Source of the DNA: an uncultured Bacteroidota bacterium
Lineage (GTDB): Bacteria > Bacteroidota > Bacteroidia > Bacteroidales > VadinHA17
Assembly: GCA_903865465.1 (NCBI GenBank)
Contig: CAIPJU010000380.1
Location: forward strand, 1-42,300
Direction: 5' to 3'
Length of the DNA stretch: 42,300 bases
A program made the translations under genes and the position numbers. This document shows positions 7,447 through 16,555 of the stretch, piece by piece. Each line of letters starts with the position of its first letter. The stretch's first letter is position 1. The notes beneath the pieces are model-generated. The model was not told the origin of the DNA and made no database searches. It saw only the letters and a program-made list of their open reading frames with translations.

Positions 7447-9606
7447 ATGATGAAACCGAGACTATTCCTCTTTATTTTAGCGATCGCGTTTATTTTTACC
7501 GGCGGTTGCGTAAAGGAGAGTTACGACATGACCCTGTTGTCGAAAAAAGGGCAGATTTCACCCACACTGGCTGCTGCAGTTGCAAAGGGGAATGTCTCAT
7601 TAAGCGACATGGTCAAACAAAGTGACACAGTGGTCTTTGATGCTGATCATCATGTAAAGCTTATTTTTAAAAGCGATTCTGTTATTAAAAGGAAAATGGA
7701 TGATTTTGTTGATTTCAGCAATGTCGTTACTTTTAGCCAGACCTATACCCTTGGTGATTTATCAATTGATCCTTTCCAGGGTAGCTTGACCTACACTCTT
7801 GATGAGATAAGTTCGGGTACAGGATTCCCTCCTGCGGTAAGGACACAGTTAATTGCCTTCGACGACGGAGCTCCGCATCAGTGTCCTGCTTTCTCCCCAG
7901 TGACACTCGTAGAAAAGGATTTCATCCCTTTCAGTAATTTTGCGACTGCCAGCTTCAGAACAGGATTCATTGATATATCTGTTAAGAATAATCTGCCAGC
8001 ACCTTTAAATGATTTGAGCATTCAGATCTATAACACTGCTGACCATATGCCTGTCGGATCAGCAATTACAGTAACTTCAATCCCCGTGGGTTTTACAAGG
8101 ACCGTTGCAATTGACATTTCCGGTCTTACATTCCAGAATAAGCTTACAGCCAACATTATCCTTTCAGGGAGCCCGGGTAATACAACACCTGCTGTTATCA
8201 GCATGACTAACAATGGCATACGGGTTACCATTACCGGACACGATCTTAAAGTAAAATCAGGCCGGGCAGTACTTCCGCTTCAGAATGTTTCATCAGTTAA
8301 AAGTAATGATACTGTTACTTTTAATCCCGGGCACGGGATGGAAATTGTTGAGCTGAAAACGCTGTCGGGCAATATGGAATACAATGCGCATTCAAATTGC
8401 GCGATAGGCGTGGCTCTCAGGATAAAGCTTTCTGACGTACTGCAGGCAGATATTCCATTTGTTGCCAATTTAAACCTTAATCCAAACAGTTCAATAGGAG
8501 GTTCATTTGATATCAGCAATACAGTGTTCTATATGGGGAATGATCACAATCATCCCTATAACAGGGTGCCAATGGAAAATATCCTTTCTGTAAATTCGGG
8601 AGGAGCCTTGGTTGATTTTGATTCGCAAAACAGTGTTGATTTTGAAATAAATATAGCAAATCCTTCTTACGATTATGTGAGGGGTTACTTTGGTCAGTTA
8701 GTCAGCGATATTAAATACGACAGGGTTGATCTGAAAATGAAGAATGTATTAAAACATATTTCAGGAAGTATAAAACTAACTGATCCTGTTGTCAGAATGA
8801 GTTACAACAACTCCTTTGCGATGCCTATCCTTCTCACCCTGAATTCCTGGGGAATCAGAAACAACGATAGTCTTGATCTCGGATTTACACCGGTAGACCT
8901 TGATTTTCCCATTGCTCCTGCAAGCAGGAAAATAAGTTCTTCATTTTTGATAAATAAAGATAACTCCTCTCTGGCAGGTCTACTTTCGATGCCCCCGGAA
9001 TTTGCCTCTTATTACGGTAATGTTAAAATGAATCCGTCAGGAAATACCGGGTTGAGAGATAATTACTTCTTTGGCGACAGCAGCAATTTTACAGCTTCAA
9101 TGGAGGTTGAAGTACCATTGGATATGAAATTGAATGACTTCCAGTTCAGCGATACAGTAAAGAATTTTATTAAAGGGAATCTCGGTAACAGCGATAGCCC
9201 GGTAAATCCGCAGAACCTTAGCACTATGCGTATGATCTTAAAGGCAAAGAATGGCTTCCCGACTGACGCCTCTGTAAGTGTTAGCCTTTATGATACCATT
9301 TCAAAGACTATAAAGAGTACAATTCTTGCCACTGATTTGCTGAAAGCTTCACCAACTAATGCTAATGGAAAGTCAACAGGAGCCACAGAGACGAAAACTA
9401 CTATTGACTTTACAAAGGAATTTATTAATAGTGCCGACAGTACTGACAGAATTATCTTTACATTCACGCTTAAGACTCCGGATAACGGAACAAAAGCAGT
9501 CATGATATATTCTGACAACACGATTGATTTTATTGCCGCAGTTGTGCTAAAATCGAATCTTAAATTTGATTTTTCCGACTTTAGATTCAATACAAAACCT
9601 GAGTGA
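7447..9606 (+). CDS. Uncharacterized lipoprotein (719 aa)
   Basis: Signal peptide plus lipobox (MMKPRLFLFILAIAFIFTGGC). It starts 5 nt after the upstream stop. It is Ser/Thr/Asn-rich and beta-strand-like throughout, and I recognise no catalytic motif. Confidence 0.8.
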   Translation: MMKPRLFLFILAIAFIFTGGCVKESYDMTLLSKKGQISPTLAAAVAKGNVSLSDMVKQSDTVVFDADHHVKLIFKSDSVIKRKMDDFVDFSNVVTFSQTYTLGDLSIDPFQGSLTYTLDEISSGTGFPPAVRTQLIAFDDGAPHQCPAFSPVTLVEKDFIPFSNFATASFRTGFIDISVKNNLPAPLNDLSIQIYNTADHMPVGSAITVTSIPVGFTRTVAIDISGLTFQNKLTANIILSGSPGNTTPAVISMTNNGIRVTITGHDLKVKSGRAVLPLQNVSSVKSNDTVTFNPGHGMEIVELKTLSGNMEYNAHSNCAIGVALRIKLSDVLQADIPFVANLNLNPNSSIGGSFDISNTVFYMGNDHNHPYNRVPMENILSVNSGGALVDFDSQNSVDFEINIANPSYDYVRGYFGQLVSDIKYDRVDLKMKNVLKHISGSIKLTDPVVRMSYNNSFAMPILLTLNSWGIRNNDSLDLGFTPVDLDFPIAPASRKISSSFLINKDNSSLAGLLSMPPEFASYYGNVKMNPSGNTGLRDNYFFGDSSNFTASMEVEVPLDMKLNDFQFSDTVKNFIKGNLGNSDSPVNPQNLSTMRMILKAKNGFPTDASVSVSLYDTISKTIKSTILATDLLKASPTNANGKSTGATETKTTIDFTKEFINSADSTDRIIFTFTLKTPDNGTKAVMIYSDNTIDFIAAVVLKSNLKFDFSDFRFNTKPE

Positions 9607-9617
9607 ATAGTTCGAAT

Positions 9618-11096
9618 ATGATGAGGAGAAATAAGTACATACTAATTATGCTGGCAATCATTGCAACCGCCGGCGCATCAGCTCAGAATAGTCAGGTTCT
9701 ATATTTTATGAATATTCCGCAGAATCATCTGGCCAATCCTGCCTTCAGACCTTCAAATTCTGTCTCAATCGGGCTGCCTGTAATTTCAGGTATTAACCTT
9801 GGCGTAAATAACAACTTCCTGAATTTCTCGGATGTGTTTCTTAAGAGGCAATCAGCCGATTCTGTATTTACTTTTCTTCATCCTTATTTTAAAATTGGAG
9901 ATTTCCTCTCTAAAATAAAGGATAAGAACTCTATTAATCCACAGACTACAATACAGCTTTTCAGTCTTGGTTTTGCAATAGGCCAGAGCGGATATCTCTT
10001 TTTTGATCTGAACGAGAAGTTTGAAGCCAACATTGTAATTCCGGGTGATCTTTTCAAGCTGGCCCTTTCAGGTAACGAGCAGTTTGCCGGAAGCAAAATT
10101 GATCTTTCTTCATTCAGGGGAGATATAAGGTATTATCACGAAGCAGGAATAGGCTATTCCCAAAATATAAACAATAAACTCAGGCTGGGAGTAAAGGCTA
10201 AAGTCCTGCTTGGGATTGCTGATGCATCAATTGATAACCGTGCATTTTCGATAGCTGTCAGCAATGATTATGTTCATACCCTGAATGCTGATCTCCGTTT
10301 GAATGTAAGCGCTCCCGTGAAGGTTATAAAAGATCCTGATACAGGTGATATTACCGATGTTCAGTTCGATGACTCCCAGCTTAAGACTGGCAGCCAGATT
10401 GCAAGCTATATAATGAATACTCGAAATCTGGGTTTCAGCCTTGATCTCGGTGCAGCATATGAAGTTAATGACAGGCTTAACCTGTCGGCAGCAGTCACCG
10501 ATCTTGGTTATATAAGGTGGACAAGGGATGTTACCAACCTTGTTTCGAAGAGCAGTTTCGAGTTCAGCGGCTTCGATATGAAGGAGGTAATCAAGGGCAA
10601 CAAAACATTTGACGAAGTAAGTAATAAGCTTGTAGATTCCCTGAAGAATTCAGTAAAAGCAACAGATCAGAATAATCCTTTCACAACATATCTTCCTTTT
10701 GGAGTTACTTTGGGTGGAAGCTATTCTCTGACTCCAAATGTCTCATTGGGGCTTATGTCCTACACAAGGTTTATTGGCAAACAGATCCGTGAGGCAGCAA
10801 CATTATCGGCAAATGTAAACCTTGGCAGTGCATTGTCGGCAAGCCTCTGCTATACTGCTGAAAACAACAGATATGATAACGTGGGAGCAGGGTTGGCACT
10901 AAGGGCAGGTTTTTTTCAGTTTTATCTACTGGCCGATAAAATACCTATCGAATGGAATAAGATTATAATCGACAGTAAAAGCTCAATTCCTCTTCCGTAC
11001 GACTGGCATACTTTAAATCTGCGGCTTGGAATGAACGTTGTCTTTGGCAACAAGGTTAAGAAAGCGGTTGACAGACCAATGGTTGATATAAGATAA
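9618..11096 (+). CDS. Predicted outer-membrane beta-barrel protein (DUF5723/PorP-SprF-like impression)
   Basis: The ORF track starts at GTG 9603, which overlaps the upstream TGA. The ATG at 9618 gives a canonical signal peptide, MMRRNKYILIMLAIIATAGASAQ. The sequence has alternating hydrophobic strand patterns and a barrel-like terminal strand LRLGMNVVF followed by a short basic tail. Confidence 0.75.
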   Translation: MMRRNKYILIMLAIIATAGASAQNSQVLYFMNIPQNHLANPAFRPSNSVSIGLPVISGINLGVNNNFLNFSDVFLKRQSADSVFTFLHPYFKIGDFLSKIKDKNSINPQTTIQLFSLGFAIGQSGYLFFDLNEKFEANIVIPGDLFKLALSGNEQFAGSKIDLSSFRGDIRYYHEAGIGYSQNINNKLRLGVKAKVLLGIADASIDNRAFSIAVSNDYVHTLNADLRLNVSAPVKVIKDPDTGDITDVQFDDSQLKTGSQIASYIMNTRNLGFSLDLGAAYEVNDRLNLSAAVTDLGYIRWTRDVTNLVSKSSFEFSGFDMKEVIKGNKTFDEVSNKLVDSLKNSVKATDQNNPFTTYLPFGVTLGGSYSLTPNVSLGLMSYTRFIGKQIREAATLSANVNLGSALSASLCYTAENNRYDNVGAGLALRAGFFQFYLLADKIPIEWNKIIIDSKSSIPLPYDWHTLNLRLGMNVVFGNKVKKAVDRPMVDIR

Positions 11097-11108
11097 TTTT
11101 CAGGGGGG

Positions 11109-11294
11109 ATGGTTTTAGTTCGTTATTTTTTAATTGGCTTAATAGTATACCTGCTGGTTCGGGCATTAGTCAGGGCTACTGAAGAGAAGGGTTCCTCAAA
11201 GGTATCCGGGAACGAAACAAAAGGACCCGGAACAGGCAAAAAGATATCAAAAGATACGGGGGATTATGTCGATTACGAAGAGTTAAAAAAGTAG
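11109..11294 (+). CDS. Small membrane protein, DUF4834-like
   Basis: 61 aa with an N-terminal TM helix (LVRYFLIGLIVYLLVRALV), a Gly/Lys-rich linker and an acidic C-terminus DYVDYEELKK. It starts 12 nt after the upstream stop. Confidence 0.6.
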   Translation: MVLVRYFLIGLIVYLLVRALVRATEEKGSSKVSGNETKGPGTGKKISKDTGDYVDYEELKK

Positions 11295-11298
11295 GCTT

Positions 11299-12057
11299 TT
11301 ATTTCCTGTATTCCGATCTCAGCCTTTTAGCAAGCGAATTAGCGAAGACAAAGTCATTAAGAGGTCCGCAATCAGATATAAGGATCTCATTTTTATCGCC
11401 CTCCCAGCATTTCAGACCCTTGCTGATAAATATTATCTTCTCGCCAATCTCCATAACAGAGTTCATGTCGTGAGTATTAATGATGGTAGTCATTGAATAC
11501 TCCATGGTAAGCTCTTTAATCAGTTCGTCGATGACTATCGCTGTAAGCGGGTCGAGTCCGGAGTTAGGCTCATCGCAAAAAAGATATTTCGGATTCAATG
11601 CAATGGCTCTGGCAATTGCTACTCTTTTCTTCATACCTCCCGATAACTCAGAGGGGAAGAGCTGATTAGAGTTCAGGATATTTACCCGTTTCAGGCAAAA
11701 ATTGACCCTCTCGATCTTCTCTTCATTGGTTTTGTTGGTAAACATATCCAGAGGGAACTGGACGTTCTGTTCAACGGTAAGGGAATCGAAGAGTGCGCTA
11801 CCCTGGAAGAGCATTCCCATTTCACTGCGTATAACCTTCTTTTCCAAAAAAGGAAGTTTATTGAACAGGGTATCTTCAAACCAGACTTCACCGCTGTCTG
11901 CATCATGTAATCCGACTATTGATTTGAGTAAGACTGTTTTCCCGGAACCACTCTGGCCAATGATAAGGTTTGTTTTTCCAGTTTCGAAAACAACGGATAT
12001 ATTTTCAAGAACCCTGTGGCCATTAAAGGATTTATTAAGGTTTTTGACAGTTATCAT
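11299..12057 (-). CDS. ABC transporter ATP-binding protein, MlaF-like
   Basis: 252 aa with Walker A GQSGSGKT, ABC signature LSGGMKKRVAIARA and Walker B LFCDEPNSGLDP. Its start overlaps the upstream permease stop in an ATGA. Confidence 0.9.
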   Translation of the reverse strand: MITVKNLNKSFNGHRVLENISVVFETGKTNLIIGQSGSGKTVLLKSIVGLHDADSGEVWFEDTLFNKLPFLEKKVIRSEMGMLFQGSALFDSLTVEQNVQFPLDMFTNKTNEEKIERVNFCLKRVNILNSNQLFPSELSGGMKKRVAIARAIALNPKYLFCDEPNSGLDPLTAIVIDELIKELTMEYSMTTIINTHDMNSVMEIGEKIIFISKGLKCWEGDKNEILISDCGPLNDFVFANSLAKRLRSEYRK

Positions 12058-12797
12058 GACAACAGGAGTTGAGTAAGAATAACATTGAAGAGAAGGATGA
12101 GAAGACTGCTGTAGACTACCGCTTTTGTGCTGGCTTTGCCCACCTCGAGTGAACCTCCCTCCACATAATATCCCTGGAAGGCAGAGATGCTGGTTATAAT
12201 AAATGCGAAGAAGACCGTTTTTATTTCAGAATAGGTGATATAATAGGGAATGAATTCATACTGGATACCATAAATATAGCTTTCAGGAGTAACTACCCCC
12301 GAGAACCATCCGGCCAGCCCTCCTCCTGTTATTCCAACTGCTATTGCCAGAAGTGTGAGGATGGGATTAAAAATAATAGTAGCCACCAGTTTGGGCAGGA
12401 TCAGGTAAGAAGCCGAATTAACGCCCATAATCTCAAGGGCATCAATTTGTTCCGTAACCCTCATGGTACCAATTTCGGAAGCTATGTTTGAACCAATTTT
12501 TCCTGCCAGGATAAGAGCAGAAATGGTAGATGAAAATTCAAGTATCATCGAATCGCGGCAACCAAGGCCAATAAGATACTTCGGGTATATCGGATTCTCA
12601 GTGTTATAGGCCGTCTGAAGTGTAATAACTGCCCCCATGAAAAACGAAATTATGGCTATAATACCAACTGAATTCAGCCCGAGAAACACAAGTTCTCTCA
12701 TCGTCTGTTTATAGTAAACCGACGGCTTCTCCGGTTTTGAGAATACCTTCTTCAGAAGAATGAAGTAATTCCCAACTAGTGTCAGAAATTTTATCAT
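12054..12797 (-). CDS. MlaE-family ABC transporter permease
   Basis: 247 aa, polytopic. The motif EQIDALEIMGVN and the overall layout are typical of the MlaE/YrbE family. Confidence 0.85.
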   Translation of the reverse strand: MIKFLTLVGNYFILLKKVFSKPEKPSVYYKQTMRELVFLGLNSVGIIAIISFFMGAVITLQTAYNTENPIYPKYLIGLGCRDSMILEFSSTISALILAGKIGSNIASEIGTMRVTEQIDALEIMGVNSASYLILPKLVATIIFNPILTLLAIAVGITGGGLAGWFSGVVTPESYIYGIQYEFIPYYITYSEIKTVFFAFIITSISAFQGYYVEGGSLEVGKASTKAVVYSSLLILLFNVILTQLLLS

Positions 12798-12798
12798 G

Positions 12799-12838
12799 AC
12801 GTTAATTAATTGCGCATAAAATTACTAATAATTAACGT
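12799..12838. repeat. 10-bp perfect inverted repeat abutting the mlaE-like start codon
   Basis: ACGTTAATTA (12799-12808) and TAATTAACGT (12829-12838) are separated by 20 nt. The left arm begins 2 nt from the mlaE-like ATG (12797-12795, minus strand). Confidence 0.6.
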
Positions 12839-12918
12839 ATTTCTGCTATATTGGTTTTTAAACAGCGATGGATAATTAGTTATATATTTACAAAAAATCG
12901 GAACAAATACTATCTGAT

Positions 12919-14004
12919 ATGGATAACAGGTATGCTATAATAATGGCTGGAGGAGTAGGCAGCCGTTTCTGGCCCCTGAGCCGGAGTGAAAAACCAAAAC
13001 AGTTTCTTGATATTTTAGGAAGAGGGGAGACCCTTATACAGCAAACTTTCAGGAGGTTCAAAAAAACATGCCCTGCAGATAACATTTTCATAGTAACCAG
13101 CTCCGATCACAAGGAACTGGTTATTGAACAACTGGGGATAGATCCTTCGCGTGTTCTGGCGGAACCTTTTCGCCGGAATACTGCACCATGTCTTGCCTAT
13201 GGAACCTTCAGGATACTCAAGGAAAATCCTGAGGCTGTTATCGCAGTGACTCCGGCTGATCACCTGATTGTAATGGAAGATAAATTCAGCGGGATAATAC
13301 AGAATTGCTATGAATTTGCTGAAAAGAATGACGCACTCCTTACACTTGGAATAAAGCCCGACCGGCCGGAAACAGGTTACGGTTATATACAGGCCGACCA
13401 GAAGAGACCCGTAAATGGATTCGTTAACCTTCTGAAAGTAAAGACATTTACAGAGAAACCCGATCTTGAGCTGGCAAAGGTATTTCTCGAAAGCGGTGAT
13501 TTCTACTGGAACTCAGGTATATTTATCTGGAACATAAAATCTATTATTTCAGCATTTGAGAAGTACCTTCCTGATACCTATTCTGTTTTCGAGGAGGGGA
13601 AGAATATCTTCGGAACCGATAGTGAAAAAAGTTTCATAAAAAGAATTTATGCCGAGTGCAGAAGCATCTCAATTGATTATGGCATAATGGAAAAGGCCGA
13701 CAATGTATATGTAATGGGCTCTGATGTCGGATGGTCCGATCTGGGTACCTGGAGTTCGCTCTACCAGCACTCAACTCTTGACAAGAAGCATAATGCCCAT
13801 GTTAGAGGGAATGTCTTTTCATATGATACGAAGGGCAATATTTATAATATGCCTCCCGATAAAGTGGCCGTAGTGCAGGGGCTTGAAGATTATATAGTGG
13901 TTGATTCGGATGACGTTCTTCTCATTGTCAAAAAGGAGGAAGAGCAGAATATAAAGCTCTACCTTGAGGATGTAAGAAAGTCAACGGGTGACAAACATAT
14001 ATAA
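12919..14004 (+). CDS. Mannose-1-phosphate guanylyltransferase (nucleotidyltransferase domain only)
   Basis: 361 aa. The N-terminal IMAGGVGSRFWPLSR sugar-nucleotidyltransferase motif is present, and the length matches the short ManC type that lacks a PMI domain. Confidence 0.85.
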   Translation: MDNRYAIIMAGGVGSRFWPLSRSEKPKQFLDILGRGETLIQQTFRRFKKTCPADNIFIVTSSDHKELVIEQLGIDPSRVLAEPFRRNTAPCLAYGTFRILKENPEAVIAVTPADHLIVMEDKFSGIIQNCYEFAEKNDALLTLGIKPDRPETGYGYIQADQKRPVNGFVNLLKVKTFTEKPDLELAKVFLESGDFYWNSGIFIWNIKSIISAFEKYLPDTYSVFEEGKNIFGTDSEKSFIKRIYAECRSISIDYGIMEKADNVYVMGSDVGWSDLGTWSSLYQHSTLDKKHNAHVRGNVFSYDTKGNIYNMPPDKVAVVQGLEDYIVVDSDDVLLIVKKEEEQNIKLYLEDVRKSTGDKHI

Positions 14005-14038
14005 AAAGAAAGGCCGGATATTTCCGGCCTTTCTTTTT
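14003..14038. terminator. Bidirectional intrinsic terminator between convergent manC-like and gldN genes
   Basis: A perfect 16-bp stem, AAAAAGAAAGGCCGGA (14003-14018) with TCCGGCCTTTCTTTTT (14023-14038), around the loop TATT. The A/T-rich stem flanks supply a U-tract in both directions. Confidence 0.8.
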
Positions 14039-14049
14039 ATATTGTTATT

Positions 14050-14904
14050 CTAGTATTCCCAGAGATCGTGTTCCCAGTTAAAAAGCTCATTCTTAATCCT
14101 GTCAGCTTCAAAAAGAGAGTACTTTCCAACTTCGTAATCGGCAATCATCCTGTCGTTATATACGTTTGATATGCCGACAATAGTACTTCCGAATTTTCTC
14201 TGCATAAACATATCATCAAAGGATAGCCTCTGTGCATCATTGTTTTCCTGGTATACCTCTTTAGTGGCCAGAACATCCCTTGCATCATTATAATTTATCC
14301 AGAAAAGGGGCTTTTTCATGACTCTGCCAACCTGTTCGTCATAGGCCATGTAGAATGGCTGTATAGCTATAATTCTGACATCGAGCCTTGATAATTTCTT
14401 ATCGAAATACCACTCTTCGTAAAGCAAAAGCTGCTTAACATCTTCAGGTTTGGCATCCTGTGTTATAGTTGTATCACGTGTTGCACCTGCAGCATTAATT
14501 GTTATGGTTTCAACCTTGGTTGTAGCTCCCATCTTTCCTGTGATATCAGAATATGTTGTAGGAACTTTTGTCTCAAGAGGATCATAAGGGGTTAGTTTGC
14601 CGTCTTTAATCTCTTTAAGAAGGATATTGATAAAATTCTGCCTGCCATCGAGTGTAGGGGAGATAGGATAATAGAGAGCCTGATTGATCTTTTCCCGGAG
14701 GTCAATGAGGCGGTATACATAACGTGACCATACTACATCGGCTTCGCGCAGATATGGATAATTTATTTTTCTGGCTTCATTGATAGATTTCTCATAAATT
14801 GGTTTGATACTACCTTTGTCCCCGGGGTCGGTCACAGCGGTCTGTGCCTTCATTCCGCAAGAGATGGCGATAGCAAATATTCCCAAAAGAATTTTCTTAT
14901 TCAT
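14050..14904 (-). CDS. gldN: T9SS/gliding motility protein GldN (PorN)
   Basis: 284 aa with a signal peptide, last gene of the gldKLMN series. The motifs VWSRYVYRLIDLREKINQ and YEEWYFDK are GldN-like. Confidence 0.85.
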   Translation of the reverse strand: MNKKILLGIFAIAISCGMKAQTAVTDPGDKGSIKPIYEKSINEARKINYPYLREADVVWSRYVYRLIDLREKINQALYYPISPTLDGRQNFINILLKEIKDGKLTPYDPLETKVPTTYSDITGKMGATTKVETITINAAGATRDTTITQDAKPEDVKQLLLYEEWYFDKKLSRLDVRIIAIQPFYMAYDEQVGRVMKKPLFWINYNDARDVLATKEVYQENNDAQRLSFDDMFMQRKFGSTIVGISNVYNDRMIADYEVGKYSLFEADRIKNELFNWEHDLWEY

Positions 14905-14925
14905 AGTGTTACGTTTATTTGATAA

Positions 14926-16521
14926 CTAGTCTATTTTAAGTACAATAGGGAGCAGATCCTTAACCTTTCCATCAGGTCCCAATGCTTTTATATCTTTAAT
15001 AATTAAGTTTTTACCCCTGGCAAGGCGTTGGATGAGATCTTTTTGTTTCTGTGTTAGATTACTGTTTGTGCTAGGCTCATCAAAGTCACCCCTGTTGTCA
15101 GAATAGAGAACAGAGAACCCTGTAACGGTATATGTCAGGTCAAAATCGAAGTCAGGCATTATTGCAAAGACTCCCTGTTGAGCAGCCGCAGATGCCCTTG
15201 GTATGCTACCGGTACTTTTACCGCCGAATACAGCAACAGGAGAGGGCAGTGGTTTTACCCTGAAATCGTATGGTGCATACTGAACTGTCTTCCCGTTTAC
15301 ATCGGCCGAAACAAGCACCTGGACATTCTGGCCCACAGCATTTGGCTTAACAGCCCAGCTTCCGGGGAAATTTTCACCCTTTGTATTTTTAACCTTATCT
15401 GTAGTATAAGAACCGTTTACTATTCTGATTTTTATTTTATCGGGGCTTACTCCGGGAACAGAGACATCAATGGGATTGGGAATACCCATATACATCGCGT
15501 TCATAGCTGTTGCCGATACAATAACATTGGGTTCACCTACCGTATAATCAGAATCAAAGTTGTAATTTTTAATTGTACCATCAGGACCTTTAAAAGCGAT
15601 AACCCCTCCCCATTTCTTTGGTCCGAGGCTGGTTGCCTTTGCCCTGTAGATCCCTCTCCCTGCGTCATCGAGAGGAAGTTTTGAACCTGCAACTGTTATA
15701 TCAGGTGTCTGAGTAGTATCGGTAGCAGAAATGAAGACTTTTGCTTCATAATCGCTTCCTAATGTAACCCAGTTTGTGGTTGGTATTACAATAGCTTTCA
15801 GTCTGTTGAACTTATATGAAGAGGCGTCGATCTGCGCATAAAGAAAATTGAGTACTTCAGTCTCTGCGTTCCTTACATTAAGCTGCATTTCCGAGAGGAT
15901 GGTGATTACTGCAACAAGAGGCATAGTCTGGAAGGTCATATTCTCCCATCGGGTTTTCTGTCCGTCAGGGTCCCTGCCATCTTCTGTGGTTATGCTCTTT
16001 CTGATTACCTCTTCTGCTGTAGGATTTCTGCCCTCAAGGGTTGTGATCAGAAACTCGCGGTAATCAGACAGGAGAGCTTTCAGAACAGTGGCTTTACCGT
16101 TTTCGGTAGATCCGATAAGAATTTCTGAAGGTATATTTGTCTCATCAATCCTTTTAACATTTTCAACAATAATTTCATCACCTTTTATTGCATCAGTTTC
16201 AGGACCTTCTGCTTGTAATATTATCTCTTTTTTAATGGTCTGTAAATAATTAAAGGCTTCGTCGGCCCTCTCTTTAACCTGATAGGCAGTTGTCTTTAAT
16301 TTTTCTGCTTTAGCCGGATTCTCTGCTGCAGCCCTGTCGAAATCGCTGTATATTATATTGTTTTTCTTGGCGTAGTTCTCTACTGATGTAGTAAGGCCCT
16401 TGTCAACTCTTTTAAATGCTTCAACAGCCTCCTTTGATACGTTAAGTGCAAGCATGGCGGTGAGCACCAGGTACATCATTCCGATCATCTTTTGCCGGGG
16501 AGATAGCTTTTCGTGAGCCAT
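14926..16521 (-). CDS. gldM: T9SS/gliding motility protein GldM (PorM)
   Basis: 531 aa. The N-terminus KLSPRQKMIGMMYLVLTAMLALNVSKE is the characteristic GldM TM-helix signature. Confidence 0.9.
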   Translation of the reverse strand: MAHEKLSPRQKMIGMMYLVLTAMLALNVSKEAVEAFKRVDKGLTTSVENYAKKNNIIYSDFDRAAAENPAKAEKLKTTAYQVKERADEAFNYLQTIKKEIILQAEGPETDAIKGDEIIVENVKRIDETNIPSEILIGSTENGKATVLKALLSDYREFLITTLEGRNPTAEEVIRKSITTEDGRDPDGQKTRWENMTFQTMPLVAVITILSEMQLNVRNAETEVLNFLYAQIDASSYKFNRLKAIVIPTTNWVTLGSDYEAKVFISATDTTQTPDITVAGSKLPLDDAGRGIYRAKATSLGPKKWGGVIAFKGPDGTIKNYNFDSDYTVGEPNVIVSATAMNAMYMGIPNPIDVSVPGVSPDKIKIRIVNGSYTTDKVKNTKGENFPGSWAVKPNAVGQNVQVLVSADVNGKTVQYAPYDFRVKPLPSPVAVFGGKSTGSIPRASAAAQQGVFAIMPDFDFDLTYTVTGFSVLYSDNRGDFDEPSTNSNLTQKQKDLIQRLARGKNLIIKDIKALGPDGKVKDLLPIVLKID

Positions 16522-16555
16522 TTTGTATGAAGTTTAATTATATAAAAAAGCCACT

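Noticed and set aside
15178-15684. 168-aa plus-strand ORF inside gldM.
   Set aside because: It is antisense to a gene with a clear GldM signature. Its product is Cys/Arg/Ile-rich with no domain resemblance.
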